This document shows, one piece after another, positions 17,278 through 30,890 of a stretch of DNA of 64,000 bases. A model generated the notes under the pieces. The model was given only the letters and a program-made list of their open reading frames with translations. It ran no database searches and was not told where the DNA came from. Origin of the DNA: Dictyostelium discoideum (lineage: Eukaryota); contig CM000153.2 of NCBI GenBank assembly GCA_000004695.1, positions 4,096,001 to 4,160,000 of the forward strand, written 5' to 3'. Position 1 is the stretch's first letter. Each line of letters starts with the position of its first letter. Position numbers and translations under genes: made by a program.

Positions 17278-18367
17278 GATTTTGTTGAGTTTGTTGTTGT
17301 TGTTGTATATACAGTTTATTATTATTATTTAAATTATTTAAATTATTATTTAAATTATTATTATTATTATTATTATTTACAATTGGTGGTGATAAAGATG
17401 AAGTTGAAGAAGATAAAGAAATTGATAATGAAGAATTTGAAGGTGAAATTGTAAGACTATTTAAATTATTAAAACTTGTTGAATCGATTAAATCCATTCT
17501 TTCGAAATTGAATTGTTTAATTGCAACTGTATTATTTTTATAGATACCTTTATAAACACGACTAAAACCACCAACACCAATTTCCTCTTGATAGATTAAA
17601 TCCTCTTTTGAAACTTTTTTATTTGAAGATACTGAAGATAGAGTGATATCTGGTGAAATTTTACAAAGGGAAACCAATTTCATAGTGATTGGACATTTTG
17701 TATGTGATTCACCTTTACCAAAAGTTTCTTCAATTAAATCAATTGGGAAAAGGTGTGGTAAATCACGACATTCGCAACTACATGAGCAAGGTATATAAGT
17801 TTGTGATTGATTAATTTGATAATCCTTTAAGATGGTATCAACATTTTCTAAAACGATTTGAAATAGTTTTGCACATGCATCAAATTCATGGCCTCTTACA
17901 CGGATTTGTAATTGTTGAGTCACTGTATCAAATTCAACCAATGTGCCACAACTTGACATACTATCTTTGATGTTTTCACGATAGGTTTGAGTTTTTCTAA
18001 AGAGAATACCAGTACTCCAATAAACGATTGGTTCCATCATATAGAGGAATCTAACCATTACCCTTTCGAAACAATTCTTTGCTGAGATATTTCTAAATTG
18101 ATAATATCTTCCAATTTGATGTTCATCTTCACCACTCCATGTGTCCCAAAGTGAAGCTAAATGTGATGGTTTACCATTTGGTAATAAACATGGTATAATT
18201 ATACGATTAAATGATATATAACTACCATTTTGTAATAAATTACCACTACTATTACTATTACTATTTAAAATACTATTATTACTTAATGAAGATGAATTAT
18301 TTTCAATTGATTTTAAATTTTTTAATGAATTTCTTAAAAGTTTTGGTGATGTTGATATTGGTTGTGG

Positions 18368-18402
<35 letters not shown>

Positions 18403-19105
18403 CACTCTTATTATTATTATTATTATTTGGATTAGTAAATACAGATTGTGAAGAATTTGATAAACTTAATGAAGGTGAAGATGAAATTTCAGCTGATAAG
18501 GTTACAACTGTTGGTAATGGTGAAGATGATGATCTTGATTCAATTGAATAACTCATTGAATTTAAACTATTTTCTTTTGATAAATTTCCAAATGATTTTT
18601 GTTGTTGTTGTTGTTGTTGTAATTGTTGTAAATTTGAATTATTTTTTAAAGTATAAAGAATTTGATATCTTTCTAAAAGTTTTAATAATTTAATATGAAA
18701 TTGTTCTGGTACAATATTTGGTTTCCAAATATTTTTTAAATTACTTAATAATAAAATACCATCGGAATTAATGAATGAATGTTTTGCTAATAATAATTTA
18801 TAGAAACAATCACTAAACCATTGTGGATCTAAAATGACGAAATCTTTAAGTGAAGATTTTGAATCTTCAAACCAAATAATTGAACCCCATCTATTTAATG
18901 TATTTGTAGCACGTACTAATTTCTCATATGATGAAGTTGTAAAATTTGATAACTTTGCAATATTTTGATATTCATCCCATGTTACAATTGGTCTTTTCTT
19001 TGCTTCCTCTTGTAAATTAGTTTCTAATGTTATATAAATGCTTGGTATTCTTTCATTTAACCAATTTGTTGTTGAAATTGAATTACTTTGTTTATTATTA
19101 TTATA

Positions 19106-19140
<35 letters not shown>

Positions 19141-21474
19141 TTTGATTTAATAAAGTTTGAATTATTTCATTTTTTAATAAATCAATATTTCTTAAAGTTG
19201 TTGAAGAAACACCAATTACACCAGTGACTTCTAATGAACGTTGAGTTAAATATTGATCAATTTCATTTAATGGTACTAAAATATCACCACCATATTGATT
19301 AAAAGTATCTATATGAGTTGCAACTATATAGATTGGCGCATTTGGTGCTTTCTTTTTAATTGATTCAACCCAAAATTCCAAACCACTATGTGATAAATCT
19401 TTATTGATATCATAAGTAACTAAATAAAATGCACGTTCTGATAAAAAGAATTGATGAGTATGATAATAGACATCAATTGATGGCATTCTAAAATCATAAA
19501 TCATTAATTTTACATTTCTTTTTGTTGGTCTTTTCTTTTCTGGTGTTGTCATTGAAGAACCAAATGAATCTTTTCTTTGTGGTTTTAATTCTGATGTTGA
19601 TGATGATAGTTGTGTTGGTGGTGGTAAAGTACCAGTTGATAAATTTAAATTACTTGATGAAGTCATAATACCATTTTGTTGTTCAGGTGGTAAATCTAAT
19701 TTTAATTGAATTATTTCAATTGGGTCATTTAAAGATACTTCAGATGATGTAACTTTTTTTAAGAAATTAGCAGATTGTCTAGATAATGATTTAGTTTGAG
19801 ATTTTGTTAATGCTTTTACCAATGATGAACGACCAGTTTTTTCACTACCCAACACCATTAGTTTTATATGTGAAAGTGTTTCAGTACCTTCGAATAAATC
19901 TTTAAGATAACCAATTATATGAGTGAACCCTTTTGATGTGATTTCTTTTGGTGGTGATTTAATTATATCACGAGAGAAATCCAATTGTTCTAATAATGGT
20001 AGCGTTGAAAGGAATGAAGGTAACTCATTGATTTTATTTGACCCTAAAACATTCAAAGATTTCAATCTAACCAATAATCCCAACTCTTTTGGAATTTTAT
20101 TAATCTGTTTATTGAATGATAAATCCAATTTCTCTAAACTTTTCAAAGACCCAATCGATTCCGATATTGATGATAACTGATTGGCAGCCAATGATAACTC
20201 TTCTAAATTTGATAATTGAAAGACTACATTTGGTATAACTTGAAAGCAATTATGAGATAGTATTAGCTTAGTTAGGAGCTCCAATCTTGAAAAACTACTT
20301 GGTAATGTCGATAGTTGATTATGTGATAGATTACATGATTCTAAATTATAAAGTGTTGCAATTGATTCCAATTGATTACTCTCTGATAATTGATTGAATG
20401 ATAAATCAATAATACGTAAAAATTTACTAGTATTGATAATGGTTGTCGGTATAATTGAAATACATTTATGAGTTAAACATAAATCATCCAATCTCCTCAT
20501 TGCAACATGATTAATAATTGCTTCTGGTTTTGTTAAAAATTCATAAAAAACATTACCACAATCTTCAACAATTCTATTATCAAATGCTGGTATAGATGAT
20601 GTTGATAATGATAATGGTGATGATGAATATAATTGATTATTACTATTACTACTACTATTTAAAACTGATGCTGGTAATGTTGGTACTAAAAATCCACTAC
20701 CACTACTACTATTATTTAATAATGATGATGATGTTGTTGTTGTTGTTGTTGTTGCTGCTGTTGTTGATAATGATAATGATGATGACATTGTTGCTGTTGT
20801 TGATGATATTGATATTGGTGCTGTAAAACTTAAATTTAAAATGCTACTACTACTACTACTATTACTATTTGATTGTGATTGATTACTTAACTGTTGTAAT
20901 GATATTGAAGAAGGTATTGTAGTTGAAAGTGTTGAAGACATAACACCACCACCACCATTATTATTATTATTATTATTATTTGAAGAATTAAAGATTGTAC
21001 CAACTTCAATGAAAATATTTAAATGCATTAATGCAGAAGCTATTTGAATTGATTCTTTTCTTGTGACTTCTAATTTCTTTACTAGCCAATCAATTAATTG
21101 TGAACCTGAAAAACAAGAAATTGTTGTACCAGCTGCTCCTTTTTTCTTTTTTTGTAATTTTAAACCTTTATCTCCATTCATTAATTCTTGACTCAATTGA
21201 ATTAATTCATCTTTAACTAATGTCACTGTATTTAAATCTTCTAATACTACTTTTGATAATTCATTTATACTATATCTATGATGTTTTTTATTAAAACTAT
21301 TACTATTATATGTTGAATTTGAATTTGTATTTGTTGATGCTAATGATGATGATGTTGATGTTGTTGACGATGATGATGATGATGTTGATGACGATAATGA
21401 TGCTGTTACTAATACTGGTGGAGGTACTGATGATGTACGTCTACTACTATTATTATTACTATTACTATTATTAC

Positions 21475-21540
<66 letters not shown>

Positions 21541-21820
21541 TTTTATCAACAGCAGTTGATGATTTACTGCTTGATTTACCAATACTACCAATTTTAGTAG
21601 ATACTGGGGTTATAGGTGCTGTTGCTGTTGTTGCTGTTGATGTTGCATTATTATTATTATTATTTATATTATTATTATTTTTATTATTATCAAATTGATA
21701 AAATATATAATCATCTTTAAATATTGGATCTGCACCAGATGTAACATTACAAATAATACCCTAGTGGTAATTTTTTTGAAAAAATATAAAAAATGGTTTT
21801 TGAATAAATCTTGTGTTAAT

Positions 21821-21860
<40 letters not shown>

Positions 21861-22101
21861 TTTTTTAAAAAAAAAAAAAAAAAAGATTTATACTTACTGC
21901 ATCAAATAAAGTTTGACCTAATTTAATTGCATCTTCTCTTGTTTTTATATCTGGACAATTTCCAAAAATCCAATCAACGCATTCATAACCAACAAAAACT
22001 GATCTGTATGTTTTATATAAATAAGTTCTATCTTTAATTTGAAGTCCATCACTTGATTGAATTTTATCTTTCAATTTATTTAACTGGTTATAATCAAACA
22101 T
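16361..22101 (-). CDS. Roco-family protein: DEP-DEP-LRR-Roc(GTPase-like)-COR-protein kinase, about 1.9k aa, two exons
   Basis: Exon 1 is 22101..21898 (MFDYNQ...YRSVFVGYECVDWIFGNCPDIKTREDAIKLGQTLFDA, DEP domain 1; donor GCA|GTAAGT). Exon 2 is 21760..16361 (acceptor CACTAG|), opening with GIICNVTSGADPIFKDDYIFYQF to finish DEP 1. A second DEP follows (TISCFSGSQLIDWLVKKLEVTRKESIQIASALMHLNIFIEV). Then come many LRRs (LxxLxLSxNxLxxLP) and a Roc-like G domain (KLMVLGSEKTGRSSL). The kinase has VAIKQF, HRDLKSPNILL, VSDFGLS and SPEVL, with a Q-rich insert. The phase was checked across the 137-bp intron. Confidence 0.85.
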
Positions 22102-22161
22102 GATTTATAAATTAATAAATCAAATTTTGATAAAATATAAAATATAAAATATTTTTTTTAA

Positions 22162-22192
<31 letters not shown>

Positions 22193-22417
22193 TTATTTCG
22201 CAGGAAAAAAAAATAAAAAAAACCATAAAAAAAAAAAAAAAAAAAAAAATTTTTTTGGAGAGCACTTACCGCAAAATTATTTTTATTTTCCATTTAAAAC
22301 TAGATTTTTTTTTTTTTTTTTTCTTTTTTTTAATAGTTTTTATTTTTTTATTTTTATTTTTATTTTTGTGGTTGTGTACCTATGAGTTTGATTAAATTTA
22401 ATAATATTACAAATAAT

Positions 22418-22449
<32 letters not shown>

Positions 22450-22703
22450 ATTTTATTTTTATTTTTATTTTTTTTTTTTTTATAATTATATTTTTATTTA
22501 TAATTTTTTATTATTTTAAAATTTTTTTTTTTTTTTATTTGATTGCTACTAAAATCAGTAGTTTGAACAATTTCGTTAATTAATTTTTATTATTATTTTT
22601 TTTTTTTATTAAATTTTTTATTTTTTTTTTGATATATTACATTAATAAAAAATAAATATATATATAAATATATATAATTTAAATTTTTATTTAAAAAAAA
22701 AAA

Positions 22704-22756
<53 letters not shown>

Positions 22757-23611
22757 CTAAAACACAAAATACTTGATGAAATTCCCCCCCGGAAAAAAAA
22801 AAAAAAATTTTTTTTTTAAAAACTAAAAAAAAATTTTTTTTTTTTAAAAAAACCAAGGGTTTGGGCCAAAAAAAAAATTTTTTTCCCGGTTTTAAAAAAA
22901 TTTTTTTTTTTGAAATTTTTGGGGGAAAAAAAATTTTAAAAGGGGGTTTTTTTTTTTTTTTTTTTTAAAAAAAAATTTAGGTTTTAAAAAAAAAAAAAAA
23001 AAAAAATTTTTTTTTTTTTAAAATTATAAAATTAAAAAAAAAAAAAAAAAAAAACCTTTGTTATTATTAAAATTAAAAAATAAAAAAAAAAAAAAAAAAT
23101 AAAAAAAAAAAAAAAAAAAAAAAAAATAAAATAAAATTTTAAAAAAATCTCTTGCAATCACAAAGAGATATTTGAGTTTATGCCCCTCACCCCAAAAACC
23201 ACATACCCTCGTTATAAAAACAAACACATACACACAAACATACAAACACACAACACATAATTATTAATAATTTACATAAAAGGAAAATCATTATCACCAT
23301 AATAATTAAAAAAAAATAATTATTATAATCGAATTATAAAATTCTTATAATTAATTTGAATTAAGGCAACAAACCATAAAAAAAAAAAAATTGCCAAAAT
23401 ACAAATTTGTATATAAAAAAAAAAAAATAAAATAAAATAAAAAAAATAAAATATAATAAAAGATTAATAATTTACAAGTATAAAAAATTTAATTGAGATA
23501 TAATTTTTTATTTTAAAATTAATCTATGAGATTTATAATTATTTTGAGGGGGGTATTTCTTTTCTTTTTTTTTTTTTATTATTTTTTTTTTTTATTTATC
23601 CTTTAATAAAA

Positions 23612-25103
23612 TTATTTATTGATTTGAGCAAAAATTAATGATAAAATTAAAACAATTATTGCCAAAATGAATAACGCCTTAATTACTATGTATAGATATA
23701 AAAAAAAAAAAAAAATTAATAAATCTTGGAAAAAAGATATATATATATTTATATTTATTAAACTTACATTTTGTTGAATTTGATTTACTACCAAATCCAA
23801 TTCTATGAGATTTACAATTATAATCAGCAGAGGAGGAGAAGATGGTAGAGTTATCAGGAGAGAAACAAGCACCGGTTACGACGAAATCATGAGGTTCCCA
23901 TTTATCTAGTGGTTTGAAAGTTTCAGAGTTGTAGGCAGTGATTTTGGCATCGGCAGTTACGATTACTATGGTTTTATTATCGGATGATAGGGCGAAACAG
24001 GTGTTATGGTAGATGTCGACCTCTTTGAATGACTCCTCTTTACCAGTTGTGAAATTCCATTTAGATAAAACCGTACAACCAATTGAATTCTTACCTTTGG
24101 GAATCGACTGAGCGGTATAACAATACAACCCATCCGAAGTGAATTTACAACCACGGAAAACCAATTTAGGTTTTTGTTTATGTAATAGAGTGAATTCGAT
24201 TTTACCATTCAATAAATTGATTATCTTTGCCGAGCAATCACGTGACGTTGTCAATATATGGCTTGATGCAGGGTGAATATCGATATCAGTGATCTCGCCA
24301 CTATGTTGGGGTGATATAATCTTTATGAAATTCAATGATGGTAAACTCCAAACTTTAATTAAATTCTTATCATCAACAATTATAATTCTATCACCATCTT
24401 TATTAAATTTAATTAACTTAATCTCTGTTGATAATGATGTTAATGTTGTTGAGCATAGTGATGGTGTTGATGATGCTGATGCTGATGATGGTGTTGTTGT
24501 TGTTGTTGACTCATTCTCATTATTGGTATTGGCTTCATTTGATTTTACGTCATTTAATGATGGTGATGATGAGGTTGCTTTAATTGCCAAATGGTATGCA
24601 TTTGATGGAATGTTTTTATTGATATCAAATTGTAAAACTTTTTCGAGTTTGTCGTTTTTATAATCTACAATATGGCAAATTGTGCCAACTGGGTAGGCAA
24701 TTTGATTTTTACTATCATTGAATGTAACGTAGGGTATACAATCTTCAGTATCCATTTGATCGATTAATTGAAACTCTGATGAGGATGATCCTTCTAAATT
24801 CCATTTTAATAATGTTATTGCATTTGGAACACCTGTTTTTGAATTACCACCACCACCACCTGTTACAATATATGGACTCTTTACATTTGTTGATGAACTA
24901 CAACAAAATACTGGATAATTTAATTTAATTTTATCTGTAGTTTTAATTGGTGCTTTTGTTGTAGTTGTTGTAGTTGTAGTTGTGATTTTCTTATTATTAT
25001 TATCATCATTATCTTCTTTTTTTATATTTCTTTGCTTTAATTTTGATGATGATGAAGATTCTTTTTCTTGTTTATTTTCTTTTTTTTTTATAGTTTTAGA
25101 CAT
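23612..25103 (-). CDS. Sec12/PREB-like WD40 protein (putative Sar1 GEF) with C-terminal transmembrane anchor, two exons
   Basis: Exon 1 is 25103..23768 (donor AAAAT|GTAAGT). Exon 2 is 23685..23612 (acceptor CATAG|) and encodes LIKALFILAIIVLILSLIFAQINK plus the stop. The N-terminal GGGGGNSKTGVPNAITLL matches the PREB/Sec12 GGGGxxKTGxxN motif. WD-like repeats include IKVWSLPS..., SRDCSAKIINL and YNCKSHRIGFG. The overall topology (cytosolic beta-propeller plus C-terminal TM) fits Sec12. Confidence 0.7.
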
Positions 25104-25353
25104 TATTATTTTTATTATTATTTGTAGTTTTTAGAAGATATTAAAAAAAAAAAAAAAAAACATTTCAAAAAAAAAAAAAAAAAAAAAAAAACTAAAACAA
25201 AAAAAAAAATAAAAATAAAAAAAAATAAAAAAATAAAAAAATAAAAATAATGATGATCATTATTCCAAAAACTAATTTTAGATTTAAATTTTTAAAAAAA
25301 CTTTTTTTTTTATTATTTTTTTTATTTATTTATTTATTTATTTGGTTGTTTAT

Positions 25354-25646
25354 TTATTTAACTTTTCTACCAGATGCTTGACCAGCAGGAGCAGATGTTG
25401 AACAAGAAAATTCACACTTCAAAGCCAAAACTGCAATAAGGATAGCAAAAAGTAAGGTCACAGTTGGTGTGATATTACCAAAATCAAGAGAATCTGCTAC
25501 TAAATCACCATATGGAATTGGATTACTTTTAAGGTGCTAAAATAATTAATTTAAATTTATATTAAAAATTTTAATATTAAAAATAATTATTAGTAATTAT
25601 AATAAAAATAATAAAAATAATAAAAATAATAAAAATAATAATAATA

Positions 25647-25687
<41 letters not shown>

Positions 25688-25800
25688 CTTACACTTTTTA
25701 CAAATGTTGCACCAATTGCTAATGTTTTTAATGAAAAGTTGGCAACAATTGCTGTAAGAAAGGCATAAAATACTGCACAAAAAACAGATAAAATCAACAT
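25354..25800 (-). CDS. Hypothetical small two-TM membrane protein (about 96 aa), two exons
   Basis: Exon 1 is 25800..25693 (MLILSVFCAVFYAFLTAIVANFSLKTLAIGATFVKS; donor AGT|GTAAGT). Exon 2 is 25536..25354 (acceptor TTATTTTAG|; HLKSNPIPYGDLVADSLDFGNITPTVTLLFAILIAVLALKCEFSCSTSAPAGQASGRKVK, stop). Phase 0 on both sides. No family assignment. Confidence 0.45.
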
Positions 25801-25877
25801 TTTTTTTTTTTTTTTATATATATATGTATTATGTAAATTAATAATAATAATGAATTATAATAAAAAATAATTGAGTT

Positions 25878-25938
<61 letters not shown>

Positions 25939-26106
25939 AAAATAAAAATAAAAAAATAAAAAACAAAAATAAAAAAACAAAAATAAATTAAAAAAATAAT
26001 AATAATCAAAAGATTTCACACATGATGTGTTTTTTTTCTTTTCTTTTTTTTTTTTTTTTTTTTTTTCTTTTGACCGTTTTGACTTGGTGGTCAAATTTAA
26101 AAAATT

Positions 26107-26471
26107 TTAAACGTTTAATTTTATTCTTTTTTTTGATGAAGTTATAAGTGGTGATGTTGAACCTTTTGGAACAACCTGTTCATCTATAGCCTCATTTAAA
26201 AATGGGTTGATTAAATTATTATTATTATTATTATTGTTATTATTATTATTATTATTATTATTCTGGAAAATAATTATTTTTATAAATAATAAATATTAGT
26301 TTAGATTCAATTTTAATTTTTAATTTTTAATTTTTTTCCCAAATTTAAAAATTTACATACGTTTAAATTTAATGGTTGTATTATTGGCAAATTATTATTA
26401 TTTAAATTATTATTGTTTAAATTATTATTATTATTTATATTATTATTATTATTTATATTATTATTATTTGA

Positions 26472-26534
<63 letters not shown>

Positions 26535-26778
26535 TAAATTATTTAAATTATTGTTTAGATTATTATTACTATTTGCAACAGCCAGTCTCCTTAATAAATC
26601 TCTTTCATTTCTAGGAGTTGTTGGGTTTGATGTGGAATTATTAGGAGTATTTAAAGCACTCAAGGGCGGTGGTGGTTGAGGAAATTGCATTTGTGGTGCA
26701 ACCATAGGTGTTGTAGGAACACTAAATGAGTTTGGTGTCGAAAAATCGTTATTATTATTATTATTATTATTACTATTA

Positions 26779-26819
<41 letters not shown>

Positions 26820-27338
26820 TACATTGGTTTGTTGTTGCTGTGGTAGTTGATCAACTACACTATTATTATTATTTGAAATATCCACTCTAAGATGTGGATG
26901 TTGGTGGTGTTGTTGTTGACCATGATGATGTTGAGGTGAAAGAGTAATATTATTATTATTATTAGGTATTGTTGTAGTAGTTGTTGTTGTTGTTGTAGTT
27001 GTTGTTGTAGGTGGTAATGAGTTTATAGAGATAATTGTATTTGGAGTCATCATTGGTTGAAGTGGTGGAGTTGTAATGGTATTTGGATGATTTAATAGGA
27101 ATGCAGAAGGTTGTGGTTGTAATGGTTGTATTGGTTGATTTACAACTTGATTTTGGTGTTGTTGTTGAAGTTGTTGTTGCTGTTGTTGGAGTAATTGTAA
27201 TTGTTGTTGATGATGCATTTGAATTTGGTGTAATGATAACAAGGATGGAGATGATAGAGGAGATGGTGAGTTTGGATCATTAGGTGGTATTATAAATGGT
27301 GGTACAGTTTGATATTGTTGAGATAACATTGGTTTCAA
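26107..27338 (-). CDS. Q/N/T-rich low-complexity protein, at least two exons; 5' end uncertain
   Basis: The main exon is 27338..26361 (donor AAC|GTATGT). The last exon is 26262..26107 (acceptor CCAG|; ...LINPFLNEAIDEQVVPKGSTSPLITSSKKRIKLNV, stop). The frame stays open upstream of the ORF-track start (which is a TTG), so the true start or another exon lies above 27338. Confidence 0.45.
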
Positions 27339-27419
27339 CGTTGGTGAATAAGTTGGTGTTAAATCCCTTATGAAATTATAAAAAATTATATATTGGAATT
27401 TATTATTTTAAAAATTAAA

Positions 27420-27467
<48 letters not shown>

Positions 27468-27625
27468 TTTCTAATTTTTAATAAACTCTTCTTTTTTTAA
27501 TTTTTTTTTTTTTTTTTTTTTTATCCTTTATTTTTGAAAATTTTAAAAAAAAAAAAATAAAAAATATTATATATAGTAGTGTTAGTATGTATTAATTTTG
27601 AAATAACTTATATATTTATTTATTT

Positions 27626-27665
<40 letters not shown>

Positions 27666-27846
27666 TTATAATGCCATCCCTTTTTATTGAAAAAAAAAAA
27701 AAAAAAAAATTAAATTAAATAAAATAAAAAAGGAAAACTTACATGTAATTCAAATATTTTTAGTATTAATACTAATAAAATAGAAATAGTAAGAGAGAAA
27801 GTATTGTGTTAGTGAGTGTGTTGTGTGAGTGTGTTTTAATTACCCC

Positions 27847-27881
<35 letters not shown>

Positions 27882-27939
27882 AAAGTTAAAAATTATAAAA
27901 AAAAAATTATTTATTTATTTATTTTTTTAATTTATTTTT

Positions 27940-28002
<63 letters not shown>

Positions 28003-29468
28003 TAATACTGTTTATTTTAAAATTATTGAGTAAAATTTTAAAAAATAAAATAAAATAAAATTAAATTAGGTTTTTTTTTTTATCACTTTTGAATATCGTG
28101 TATTAAATTTTTTTTTTTTAATTATTATTATTTTTTTTTTTTATATTTTTTTCCAATATATTTTTATTTTTTTTTAATTTTTTTTTTTTTTCTAATTTGA
28201 TTTTAAAAAAAAAAAAAAATAAAAATAAAAATAAAAAAAAAAGATTTTTTTAAAAAATATCTTTTATTTTTAAATCAATGGTTTAATTTTAGATCAATTT
28301 CGTAATATTCATTTTATATTATTATTATTTTTATTATTATATTTTTTTTTTTTTTTTTTAAAAAAAAAATTTCCTTCATTTCGAATGAGTATAATGATTA
28401 TTGAAAGGAGAATTCATAAAATCAAGTAATTTTAATTATATTGTGAAAATTTAACAACACTGTTTTAATTTTATTAATTTTATTTTAATAATTCCACTTT
28501 TATTTGAATTTACAATGAAATGTGAATAGTTGCCCACCAAAAAAAATATAAATAAAAAAAAGAGAGAAAAAATAAATAAAATAAAATAAAATAAAATAAA
28601 AACAATTCTTTTTTTTTTATTTTTTTTATTTTTTTTTATTTTTTTTTTATTTCTTTTTTTTTTTTAAAAATTCAAAAAAAAAAACTAATTGATAAAAATA
28701 AAAAAAAAAAAACACATTGAAATTATAATAAATCATAATAAATAATCTTTTAATAGCACATCAAAACGGCTAAAAATTCTAATTTTTGATCCTTGATTTA
28801 AAAATAATTTTGATTGTTGTAAAAATAAAAAAAACAAACCAAAGTTGGTTTTGTAAATTGGACATGCGATAAAGTGGTTGTGTCCAAAATTTTGAATGGA
28901 AAAAAAAAAAAAAAAAAAAAAAATAATTTTAAAATTCAAAAAAAAAATAAAATTTCAAAAAAAAAAAAAAAAAAAAAAAAAATTTAATTTAAAAAAAACT
29001 TTTTTCTTTTTTTTTTTTTTCATTGTTTTAATAATACATTCTATATATTAATTTTTTATTAATTCTTTCTTTTTTTTTATTTTTTTTTTTTATTTTTCTT
29101 TTATATTTTTTTTTCTTTCTTTCATCAATATTGTTGTATATTATTCTATATTTACATTGGTATATTTATTCACTTTTTTATATTTATATATAATAAATCA
29201 TTTAAAATTTTTGATTTTATATCATATCACACACCACATCATACATATTTAAAAATAAAAAAAATAAAATAAAATAAAAAAAAAAAAAAAAAAAAAAAAA
29301 ACCAAAAACTAAATAATATAAAACTTTGCGCTTTTTGAAAAAAAGAAAAAGGAGATTTTTAAAAAAACTAAAGAGTAAGTCGAAACATAAGTTTTTTTTC
29401 TTAATTTTTAATTTTTTTTTTCCCCACTTTTTTATTGTTTATTTGTTCCAAAAAAAAAAAAATTATTA

Positions 29469-29502
<34 letters not shown>

Positions 29503-30003
29503 TTTCATATTCTCCCAATTTATTCATTCATTCATTATCGCATAATTTCATAATAATTAAAATTTTTTAATCATCCGATTTTCAAAACCCCATAAAAAAA
29601 AAATAAAATAATAATTTTAGGGGGGTTTTTTTAAAATTTTTTTTTTCCATATAAAAAATTCATCATCATCGTCAACAAATCGTTTGAATCTAATATGATC
29701 TTAATCTTTTATTTGGGGTTTTTTTATTTTTAATTATTTTTTTGGATTTTTTTAGTTTTTTTTTTTTAGTTTTTTCTTTTTTAATTAATTCATACTTGGG
29801 TAAATATTTGCAATCATAAAATCAAAAGATATTTTTGTGGTACGGTAGTTATTCATTATCAAATTATTTTTAAAAAAGCCAATTAATCACAAACAACCAT
29901 AAAAATTCTTTTTTTTATGATTATTTTATTTTTTTTATTTTTAATTCAAGTGGGTGTGGATTTTTTTGTGATTTCAATCACAATGTTTGAAGATATCGAA
30001 TTG

Positions 30004-30044
<41 letters not shown>

Positions 30045-30340
30045 AAAATAAAAAAAGTGGAAAAAAAAAGTGGAAAAAAAAAAAAAAAATTGATATATCT
30101 TAGAAGACAAACATGTAATTTATGTTATTGTAAATTAATCCAAAAAAAAACGCCCACCCACCAATAAGCTATAAAAAAAAAAAAAAGAAAAAAAAAAAAA
30201 AAAAAAAAAAATTTTTGAGGGGGGTTAATTTTGGAAAAAAAATAAAAATTTTAAAAAAAAACCCCAACAAATTGGAGGAAAACTAAAAATTTGTGTGTCA
30301 TCTGATTTATTAATGTGTATCACATATGTATTATTAATAA

Positions 30341-30381
<41 letters not shown>

Positions 30382-30890
30382 TAAAAAAAGAAAAAAGTGT
30401 GGTTGGTGATACAAAAAAAATTTTTTTTTTTTTTTTTTTTTTTCTTTTTTTTTTTTTAATTTTTTTTTTTTTTTAATTATTTTTTTTTTATTTTTCCTAT
30501 CAGGTTTTTTTTTTTTTTTGGAATTTATTTATTTATTATTTATTACAAACCCCCATTCAAACCCCCAAAAAAAAAAAAAAAAAAATTGAAAAAAAAAAAA
30601 AAAAAAAAAACAGAATTTATTTGTTTAATTTCTCATACCACAATTTATCGTACTCTTTTTTTTTTTTTTTTTAATCATTATTTTACTTACATTTTTAAAT
30701 TATTAATCATTATTCTTTTAAAATTTTTTTTTAAATCAAAATTATTATAGAAAAGAAAATATTTTAATTTGATATTTTTTTAATTTCTTTTTTTAAACCC
30801 TATACAAATAAAAAATAAATAAAATAAAATTTATATATATATAAAATAAATAAAAAAAAAATAAAAAATAAAAAAAAAAAAATAAAAAAA

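Noticed and set aside
17059-21597. Plus-strand ORFs inside the Roco gene (17059–17454, 18211–18435, 18448–18693, 19027–19227, 19923–20180, 20596–20826, 21310–21597)
   Set aside because: They are antisense to a long, motif-rich minus-strand CDS. Most are poly-V, poly-Y or poly-M readings of coding repeats.
28733-28939. Possible gene in the 27.4–30.9 kb gap (ORF 28733–28939)
   Set aside because: It is a single short ORF in homopolymer-rich DNA, with no conserved motif or splice partners.
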